Of a stretch of 64,000 nt of DNA, positions 53,700 to 64,000 are shown piece by piece. The notes under the pieces were generated by a model. The model saw only the letters and a program-made list of their open reading frames with translations, made no database searches and was not told the origin of the DNA. The stretch is from Camelus dromedarius (lineage: Eukaryota). How positions within the stretch are numbered: position 1 is the stretch's first letter; each line of letters opens with the position of its first letter. Made by a program: the position numbers and the translations under genes. The stretch covers positions 102,240,001 through 102,304,000 of the forward strand of contig NC_087436.1 in the NCBI RefSeq assembly GCF_036321535.1, read 5' to 3'.

Positions 53700-55230
53700 A
53701 GGGAGGGCAAGAAAAGAAAAATAAAAATGTTGGCTGATGAAGATCATCAATAAGAAATGGTGTTACAGAACAAAAATAAAATTTTTGACCAAATGCTAAT
53801 ATAAATTGAAAAACAAACCTTAATGAATCAATTCCCATTGTACAATAAAAGCACAATGAAGGGATACATCATTTATTGAAAACATGAAATATGAGCAACA
53901 GAACTAAAGAAATAAAAGGAAATACAGTGCTATCACAAAAAATAAGAAGTAAGTCATAAATTGCTCAATGTAGAAGAAATAAGCAAAAATTGAAATGACC
54001 AGAGATCAATCACAGGTGTCATCGAAGGAATGCTTGATGTCGAAGAGAGATAAAGATTATCATATACCTGTTTGGCTTATTCTGCAGTTTTTAAACATAT
54101 AATTCAAAAAATTTCAGTGAAATAACAAGTAATACTTACAAACCTAAGAAGTAATGATACAGGACTATCAACAATGGGACATTTTCAAGTAAAGACAATG
54201 TTGCTGAAAGGTATGGAAATAAAGATATTATAGCAACTAAGCAAAATTTCAAACCACTTATGAAGAGAAAATAATCAAAAAATTAGATTTTCTTCAGATT
54301 AATCTAGAATTAAATCAGTTAAAGAGAACAGAGAAATGCCTCAAAAATACCTGCACGTACACACACACACACACAGACACAAACACACACACACATAAAC
54401 ACACACACACAAACATACATACAAACACACACAGACACACCCAGAAGAAGGAAGTAAAAATGGAAGATGAAAAAAATGAAGAAAAAGAAAAGAAAAAGAA
54501 AGGAAAGAAAAGAAAATGTAATGAAGAGATTTTATATTCAGCCAAGATGAAATTCAAGTACAAAAGGAAGTGAAAAATATAAATGCTAAAATTCATCATA
54601 AAACACTAGAAGAAATATGCTTGGGGGTAGAAAAAAAACCATCACAGAGTATATAATAAAATTTTGAAAAATTATGACTATATCTAATGTGAAATGGAAG
54701 AATGCTGAATGTCAACAGAATATGCCTCTGACAGCAATATGTGCAACTGGGCTAAACTCACCTCTAAAAAGAACAGGTCAAGTGGGTTACAAAGAAAACA
54801 TGTTTATATGTTACATTAAAAGATATAATTGCATAGAGAGATTGAAATTTGCAAAATAGAGAAAATCATACCAGGCAAAATAAAAACTGAATTTGGGATT
54901 CACTATCCTTAAATCAAACTAAATTAAAGTAGGATTAAAAAACCTTAACTAAGGCAAGAGTGTTTATTGATTAATGGTAAAGTACATGATCTAAAATAAG
55001 AAATGTTAAAATATTGATAAGCCATAAGATATATTATATTATATATACTTAAATATAATATTTTAAATTAAAACTTATGGGAATATGAGGAAACATAGCA
55101 AAACATTAATAGAAGTAAAAATCAATTCCACTCTCTTAGCCACATATATCAAGGAACAAAAAAGTGTTTGGAAGACATAAATAGCATAAAAATAAACTAA
55201 ATCTAATATGTATTTTCAGAGTCTAAATCC
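53700..55230 (+). mobile_element. Highly degraded L1M ORF1 and start of ORF2, with (CA)n at ~54357-54440
   Basis: gagattttatattcagccaag (ORF1 end); tgggctaaactcacctctaaaaaga (EN motif GLNSPLKR); aaatcataccaggcaaa. Confidence 0.65.
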
Positions 55231-58200
55231 TGAGAAGTTACCACTTACTGGGCATAATTAGAACTTTGTGTCTTAGTTTAGCTAATAGCTAATCCTCAAG
55301 TAAACTTATGGGGTAACTGAGGTTTAGAAAAATTAGGTTAATTATTTATTATTCTTATTAAGCAGTAGAACCTGGGTGCCAACTGAGTTTTCTCAGTCAA
55401 TTCCCCACAATTCTAACTATGCCTGTATATGCAAATGAACTTTGGATGGAGTAAACCAAAGAAATTCATTTAGCTCGCATAGGTAGAAATAGAACATATT
55501 AATTTACTGTCTTAAGGAAAAAAATGTAGAGGGTTTTGAGCTTGAGTCACAATGTCAGTAAGCTTCTCTCAGTATATTTTTATCCTAAAACAGTATGTGA
55601 AAAAAAATTATTTAACATTTTTCTAAATTTATTTTCATAAATACTCAATATATTTCTTTCAGGACAAGGTTTTTCTTGGCATACATAATTTAAACACAAA
55701 CACATGTTGAATATTAAAATTCCTAACAGAATGGTACATGAAATGTATGATGAAATTCAACTCAGTTAACTTAAAATTTCCCTGAGCCGGAGAATTTTAG
55801 CAGAAATAGCAAAAGTTTTAGCACTAAGTGATATGGTTCACATTAATTGATTAATAAGTTAAATATAAAGCAAATATATCATATTATCATACACTGAAAA
55901 TAATAGTATTTTCCAGTATCCAAAATATTGTAACAGAATTTTAGTTCCAAAAGAAATCCAACAAACTCCAAAAGGGAGATACTTAGCTCTGATCATAACC
56001 CAATAACACTATAAAGGAATAACCGAATAATAGTAAGAATTGCTGCAATGAATAAATATCTTTGAACACATGTTTATTTTACTTAATTTTAAAGGGTAGC
56101 TGTTACTTTTAATAGTTACAGTAACAATTAACAATGAAAACCTATATGCACACACAATAACTTACTTTAACATTTTCAATATATTCTGGAACTTAGTCTA
56201 CAAAAGTTCAGTTCTATTCCTAGAAACCCAGATGAAGCATGCAAATTGACTGTGTTTCTGCAATAATACAGTAGTGGGAAAAATGTCCCATCTACCTCTC
56301 AGGGTTAGGATGATCTGGGTAGGGACAATCTCCACCAGAGGAGAGATGTTGAGGAGCTGGGAGCCCGGAAGTGCTAAATGACATCTGCGATGATTCAATC
56401 ATGTTTAGGACACTTGGACAACCAGGCTTGAGTTTGCATTGTCCAGTGTGATAGTCACTAGCCAACACATGTCAATTTTATTTGTAAATCATTTATATAA
56501 TGTACCCCTAGAAGTGGAATTAATGGGTAGCAAAGCATACAAAATTTTGAATCTTCATAGAAGGATACAAATTCAACACCCTCCAGTGAACTAAGAGAAT
56601 GCTGATACAATATATTATTTTTTAACATTTCCAATCTAAGAGTGAAAAAAATGTCATTTTACTTTTATTAAAATGGAAGTCCAGGCTATAAAATTTCCAC
56701 TGAACACTGCTGTATCTGTATGCTGCATGCTTTTCTCATTATTTAAAATCTGATTTTATAAAATTTCCAGTTTAACAATTAGTAATTCTAATGTATTAGA
56801 ATTTATTTTGGGGAGCTTTCTAAGTAAGCAAGAAGCAAACGTATAGTAATTTTCCATATGCTAATATCTAAATATCTTCACAACAAATCAGAACCTTGAA
56901 AATCATCAAGTAAGTCTTCCATTATATTTAAAATGTGGTGGAATATAGATAAAAATACTAGAACTTTTTTTTAAAATCCACTTTTTATTGCAATGTCATT
57001 CCAATATCTGTATTTCTGGCCTTTTTTACAAACGCTTTACATGATTTGGATGAACTGGAATCCAACCTATTTATTTTATTTTATTCTCTTAACCGAGGCA
57101 ATTAGGTGCCTGGTAAGTGAACTTTATGTACATGTTTATTATAAAACAGGACCATGAAAACTATCCTGAATAAAAATCACCCAAATTGATATTTACAATC
57201 AATTAAATCATTTTTTCAACTCCAGGTTGTTACTTAACATAAAAGGGAAACTCCAAACTTGTGTGGACATTATATTGGCAGTAGAGATGGAAAAATATGT
57301 TAGCACTATATGACTAGATTCGTGTGTTCTTAATAAGGCTGTCAGACATTTTTAACAGTATCATTTTCACTGGTAAGTTATTTAAAAATAAAGTGCTACT
57401 GGGCTAATTATTATTTCTGTAATAAGAAGTTACATGAAAGACACCATGTATCAAACTTCAATTTGATGATTTTTTTCCCTCTCATCAGGTTTTCTTATTT
57501 AAATCTTCATTTTCTTTCGTTTATTTAATTAGCTATAATTTAGTGTCATCACTATTCACATACTCTCAGAGGGCCCTGAATATGTGTAGCTGGAACAGAA
57601 ATAGTTTCAACTTGACAGTTTTAACATAGTGTAAATTAATGTGTATATGACAGTCAGTCACCTTACTTGGGGTGTGACATAGGGAATTCATTCATCCTGT
57701 GAAGATGGTGATTATAGGAACATTTTTTTTTAAATAAAAAACAATTTCTAGTTAGACCTAATCTGTTCAGAAAATAATATTTTCTTTCTACTTTTAATTG
57801 TTTTTGAACTGTGCTTAGTGGTCCATTCAACTTCCTCTCCAATAAAGTATAAATACCCCTGATACTTATGGTCAGAGAATATCCAATGTCCCCTGACTTT
57901 AATGCTCACATCTAGGGTTCTGTATGTGTATCAGAATTGTGTAAGGCTTTGGAATCTCTCCTGCCTCTCAGAAATCCAATTTTAGAATATGAGAATAAAA
58001 AATACAATATGCTACCAAAAAGTTCAAAAGCTATGTTGTGGGCTGTCTATGCTTATCTTTTATTCAGATTTTTTTTTTTAATTTAGCTTTGGAAGTTCTG
58101 GAAATTTTCTTGTGAAACCAGGGTGAATCCATTAAATTGTATGACAGTGCCTAGATCCACTGCTGAGTGTTCACTCTGAAGAGGAGGCGAAGGCCCGGCA

Positions 58201-60881
58201 CACAGAGGCTCCTCTCTCCCTCACATTTATGGGACTGGCTTAGAATCACCATTTATAGATGAAACAGTCTTCTGAACCACAATGCAGTGATTCTCCACTT
58301 TGAGGACAAAAGACAGCGTAACAGTGGGACTACAGTTGTGCTTGAATGGTTTTAGAAGTCTGGATCACTTTCATTCAGATGCAACTTTCTTGTTTCCATC
58401 TGCCTCCCTCAGATTTACCTCCCTAGATGCACTGTTCACTCTGTTGTCCTAAAATCTCCTTTTTTTTTTTTTTTTAATTTTTGCTATCTGGCATTCTTCT
58501 GGTTGGCTAGCATAAGAAATCTAATTGTAAGCCACTTTTTCTTGCTTGTTACTATAAATGGGGATCATAGTCACCTGAAAACGTTCCATCAAGATTTTAA
58601 AAAATTATCAAGAGTGCAGAGAAAAATAAAGTTCCCCTTAAATTTCCATCTCCTTTGGTTCCATATGATAAATTGCTATAAAGTTACTGGGTCAGAGTTT
58701 AATTTAGAAAAATATAAATTTAATATGTATATAAATAAATGAATATCTTTAATTTTCAATTTAATTTTCCTGGTTAAAAAAATGTATATACAAGCAGGTA
58801 TTTGAAAGGACATGCTAAAGTTGAGAAGTAGGCACAACTTAGCATCAGGAAAAGTCTTTATAATTTCTCAGTTAAAAGCTATTATTTCTGCATCTTTCAT
58901 TTCCTGTATATTTGTGGCTAAATAATTTAGCCTGTAGCTTCATCGCTTTATTGGCTAAGGAGGAAATACATCTAAGGGGGAAATATATACCATTTTCATA
59001 TGTTTTAGCTACCAAGAAAGCACTAATTTATAACATCTATAATTTTGTCATTTAAATTTTGAAATTATAAGTTAAATGTTTTTTCTTTCAAAAATAAAAC
59101 TTTCTTCAGAGTCTTGGTGACTGAATCTTCAAGTGGTAGCAGAGAATTAGAACTTGTACAAAATTATTTTTATCTTTTTCCTAGTCAGCTGTCATTCACG
59201 ATAGGAGAATGAGAGGGAGAAAGAGAAAAATAGAGAGAAGAAAGAGAAAGAGAGGAGTGGATTAGGCTACAATATATTCAAAGTTTTCTGAAAAAAATCT
59301 TGTAACACATCATGGTTTGTGAGAAGCCTGTTGTACAAAATAATATGTTCTATTCAGAAATGATCTATTGTGCATACATAATTTCCTATGAAAAAATGGT
59401 ATTTTCTTTTTATTCTTATGCTATATTTGTTATTTTGAAGTTTTCATTATATGTAGATCATTTGACTCCATTTCAAAAAGGGAATTTAAGAGAGATACTT
59501 TTTATGCAATAGTCTAATTAATCCAATTGACATATCCATGTTAAAATATCAAGGATGGAATATTTAGAGCAGAAAAATGCAATATTAAACTAAGGGATTT
59601 TCATAATCTTGGGCACAGATGCCAGATTTAAAAAGCCAACATCACCTTTCATAATTGAAAGCTGGGTACCTTTGCGAAGAATCGTTTATTAAAACCAAAG
59701 TACTATTTCAATAAAGTATTAAGATTGCTGCGAAGAATGCCCCTTGGGCAGCACTCTGAAATAATAGTGAATTGCTATTCTAATCCACAATGGAACATTT
59801 TAATAAGTGTAATAAATGACTCAGAGAGTTTCAGATTTCAACGTCAGTGGAATTAGAATCAGGCAAAGGCTGGCCCTGGGTGATGGATGTGGAGGATTTT
59901 CGTGGTAAACACTTTGCAGTGTCAGGACAATACCAGCTTACGGGACACTCAGAGGCACAATTCATGTCCATTTGTCAACGTGCTGCCTGAGGGTAAAAAT
60001 GAAGACAGAAAACTCGTCTTGCTTTAACAGATAATATACTCCCTTACATTCTGAAATCCTTCAAAATGATACAAAGCAGAGAAATTAAAAGATATAATGA
60101 ATAACAGTAAAACATTTTACACTTCGAAACATAACCTTGGTAGCAGAATGGATTGGAAAGATTCTTTATGGTATTCTTGGTATATTTTTTCTCTTTTTTA
60201 AAAAATATTTTCTTTAGGTGTCTAAGCTTTATGAGGATATAAATATATATGTGATGCTTCTTTTTAAAAACATTTTTTAAACAGATACAAATCACACGTA
60301 TACAGACAAAAGGTTCTCTGATAGTTTTAACTGAGACAGATTCAGAGTGAATAAGGATATTATGAAATTTTTAAAAATTCATGAGACGCTACAGAAGAGT
60401 GTATTATTGTACTTTAGTGTTCAAATAAAAGAAAAGCTGCTTTATGTACATTATTATCTTCAACGGTTTCCTTGGATATTATTTTAAATATTCCTGAGAC
60501 CAGCGTCTGATTTATGATTCAAGTTTCCTTACTAGTATTTCCTGCTTTTTCTTATATGTAGTCTACACTGCAGAAATATAACGCTAACATATACAAAGTA
60601 CATTATCGTCAATATATTAGATCAATGTGAAACTTTAGAAAAACTCTAGAGGGCTAAAACAAAAAAAAAGGCTGATAGAGTTGAATATAGAAGACATTTT
60701 CTCAAATTTTGTTACTCGTAAAACCACGGAACACCCCCGATTCCAAAAACATTATGAGGAAAAGCACATTATCTTAATAAATAATCGCCACAAAAATTAT
60801 CAAAATGAAATAACTTTGAAATATTATTTAATATATCTGTAGTTTTCAAAATTGTTTTTGGTTGTTGCCAACTCACTAAGG

Positions 60882-61050
60882 CAGTGCCTTCCAAACTTTT
60901 ATGTGCTTGCGTAGAATCCCCAGGGGACCTTAGTCAAATAAAGATTGAGATGCAATAGGTCTGCCTGGTGGAGCCTTAGGTGCCAAATTCCTCACAGGAT
61001 TTTAGGTGAAGCTATTTTTCGTGCCATGCAGGTCACACCTTGATAAGCCA
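60882..61050. mobile_element. MER5-family hAT MITE
   Basis: cagtgccttccaaactttta...agaatccccagggga...aataggtctg. Confidence 0.65.
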
Positions 61051-61151
61051 GTCACTAAAGACACATTCTTGACTTCATCCAGGTTACTATGTACAGGAAA
61101 GTTTTAGAAGTGAAAAGCAATTTCTCTCTACTGGTTATAATTACATGAATA

Positions 61152-61317
61152 GCAGGAGGGTATAGCTTAGTGGTCGAGTGCATGCCTAGCATGCACGAGG
61201 TCATGGGTTCAATCCACAGTACCTCCATATAAAACAAAGAAATAGACCTAATTAACTCCCTCCCCCCCAAAAAAAAAGTTTCTAAAAATAAATAAATAAA
61301 TAAAGTGAATTTTTAAA
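61152..61317 (+). mobile_element. Camelid tRNA-derived SINE (Vic-1-like)
   Basis: ggagggtatagcttagtggtcgagtgcatgcctagcatgcacgaggtcatgggttcaatcc with A and B boxes; TSD aattacatgaata/aattacatgcata. Confidence 0.9.
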
Positions 61318-61384
61318 AATTACATGCATAAAATATTCACCATGCTTAATACCTTTTGGTTCAATTAGTGTCAAAAAGTGAAAG

Positions 61385-61810
61385 CAGTCAGAATCATGAG
61401 TATTGACTACGCACTCAGACATGTGGGTTTGATTCCCATCTTCACCCTCAGCTAGCCGTGGGACTCATGCTAATGATTCCTCTTCTGTACACCTAAAGTA
61501 CTTTTAAAAGTTATTTCATTCAGTGTTGGTGATGCTTAAGTGACACGAAACATAGAAAACATTTAGTTCCTGGCATATTATAAACCCTTATGAATATTGT
61601 TTGTGTTAAGAAGCAAAAGTTACTGACCTGGATCAGGAAAACTTGGATTTGAAGTTCGGCTCGTCCATTTAAGAATTAAGACACCCTTAACCCTTTTAAA
61701 AGTATTTTAAGCTTTCTGATCCCAATTCCCTCATTTATAAAACCTGAATAAGTCTATGCATTTTAAAGGGCTGCTGAGATTATTTGGGTAGTACCCATGA
61801 AGATACTTTA
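61385..61810 (+). mobile_element. Two adjacent MIR fragments
   Basis: gggtttgattcccatc...ctagccgtg...cctggcatat; aggaaaacttggatttgaagttc...ccctcatttataaaa. Confidence 0.55.
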
Positions 61811-63269
61811 TGAGCCCTATAATTAGGCAACCTGAAAATATAATTTCTACTCCTCAAGTATTAAAGCCTTTGAAAAGGCTGCTAAAGTTCATTAAATATT
61901 GGTAGAGATCCAGCATCTTTGCTCATAGATTATTTTTAAATCTCAGCCCTGTCAGAATTCCCTAAGAAAATTTTGGAAAAATGTGGGTAAATGAAAGACA
62001 AGTGAGTTTTACACATATTTTACTACTTATTAGAAATAAGAATAGATGTACAAACATACACAAATAAGTGTCTCTACTCTTGAATAATAATAAATCAGTG
62101 ATAGTAAAGCTCTATATCTCTTTATGTGCTTACAAGCACATCATACATTTTACTTGGGAAAAAGTGAAGGAGTTAATTTTGTCATATTTGAGCCCTGCCA
62201 AAGGAGTCACTCAGTGATTGATAGCTGTTGAAGAATGAGTTCAAAAGTACAAATTTATTTCTGATTCTCTCTTGTGATGTGTCCTTAAAAAATACTTGCT
62301 CTCTTTATTCCTTAGATTCAACGTAAAATGGGACTATCAATATAGAACTTACTACTTGGAGACTTTATGGTGAATGAGGAGAATTAACCAAAACGATGAC
62401 AGATAAGTGTTTTGAACTGCTTTCTAAAGAAAAGTTTCAAAGAAACACAAACCTCTCAGGGCATAAAAGTGCTTTTGAAAGTGGAGAAAAATATAGCTGA
62501 GAGTGAGAGGTTAGTAATGAGGAAAAGGAAGATCAGAAAGGAGGGAGGTTAGAGATCAGAAGTTACAGCCTCTTTCATTTCACAGAGGTAACACCAGGCA
62601 AGGGCACTGCTAATCTCTTCTGGATGAGGTGGAGGGATCTTGTATTGCATCTTTATTAATGATTTTGGAAAGGGAATAACCATCAAGCTAATTAAACACA
62701 AGTAGGCAGGCATTATGGACATCTGCAGGGGCAAAGCTGTAGAGATTAGAGAGGCAGAATAGAAATAACTTAATAAGAGTCAATCTGGAAGACCGAAAGT
62801 TAGGGCACCAAAGAAAGAGCACAGTAGCAAAATTAAAATCAATAATCTGTGATTCCAAAATCAATGGTGTTATTGTAAATATCAATGAACATGCCTATGG
62901 CAAATCAAAATACTGGGCAGGGTTGAAAGAATACCTAGTTTCATAAGATCATTTAATTTGGCAGGTAATATTTCTATACTGCTAGGTGTTTATGTGCGTT
63001 GCAGGAGAAAGTGATCATGAACAATCTAACCAAAACAAGTTAGGTAGATTATGGCTCAGTTCACTGAGCTGTATGTATATGATGTGAGAAGCAAAATTAA
63101 GAAGGTGGATTTATGTCTCCAGAAAAATGCCCTGAAAGCTTGCTCTCAAGGTAGGCTGGTTGGTAGTTGCTTAGCAACTATCTTAACCTTTGAGTCCCTC
63201 CTGGTTAATATTTGTACTAAAATGCTAACAAAAGTTAGGGTTATGACACTGGTTTTTTTTGTTTAAAAA

Positions 63270-63845
63270 AAAAAGCCAGATAATTTTTCCAAAACACAAT
63301 GAATGAAAATAAGGGAAAATAAATTGTTACAGAGTTTACATAGTTTTTGGAGATCAACTTGACAATACCTATCAACATTATAAATGTGCATACTTTTCAC
63401 CATCCAAGTTTAATTCTAGGAATCTATCTTAAGCAACTATTTAATAAGTGTGATACATACATACAAATTATATTTCTCATAATAGCGAAAAATACCATTA
63501 ACTACCTAAATGTACTATAATAAGGGCATTACGGTATATTTGTAACATGGAACTATATGCAGGCGCTATAGAAAAGAGATGACATTTGTTGTGCTAACTT
63601 GATGAGTTATAAAGTGAAACTTCTAACATTCACAAATCTAAAGTAATAATATTAGAGTGTATGTGTGTACATGTGTTTGTAGAAGATCTTAAATGATATA
63701 AACAAAAATTTTCATCTTAATGACTCAGTGGAAATGGTTGAAGTGACGAAGTGATAAGGGGGTGAGAAAATTGTAATTTTTTTTTATTTTGTGAAGTGTT
63801 ATATTGCTTGAGTTTCCTTAAGCATTACATTTATAATAAAACTAT
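63270..63845 (+). mobile_element. L1ME-like 3' end
   Basis: ttttggagatcaacttgacaatacctatcaa, ttctaggaatctatcttaag, atggaactatatgcagg. Confidence 0.7.
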
Positions 63846-64000
63846 GTATAATTATGACGTTGAGATGATGAAATCTTATTCTAGTGATGTTTAAAGAAAT
63901 TTACTGGATATATGTTTGGCATAAGTTGAAAAATAATTTGTATAATGACATTTATCTAATTGGAATGAAGTGCACACATGAAAAACTGAGTGGAAAAAAT

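Noticed and set aside
61152..61226. tRNA-like sequence
   Set aside because: It is a SINE head with an A-rich tail and TSD, not a tRNA gene.

Overview
AT-rich mammalian (eutherian) intergenic or intronic DNA. Two Vic-1-type tRNA-derived SINEs suggest a camelid host. I found no intact protein-coding gene; the ORF-track hits are repeat-derived or chance. The window is dominated by interspersed repeats: L1 and L2 LINEs, MIR, MaLR/ERVL/ERV1/ERVK/Gypsy LTRs, and hAT and Tc1/mariner fossils. The standout is a ~4 kb minus-strand insert (14350-18392) that reads as the 3' end of an ancient class III retrovirus. It has a decayed ~2.9-3 kb env gene with motifs collinear with foamy-virus (spumaretrovirus) Env, followed directly by an ERV-L-type polypurine tract and a ~600 bp LTR, with no room for foamy accessory genes. 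It sits inside an old L1 and is interrupted by an MLT1A LTR, implying it predates the boreoeutherian radiation. Also present: a young solo betaretrovirus-like LTR with a perfect 6-bp TSD, an unexplained 65-bp direct repeat, and candidate non-coding exons on the minus strand. Repeat family names and protein comparisons are from memory and by-eye alignment, not database searches.
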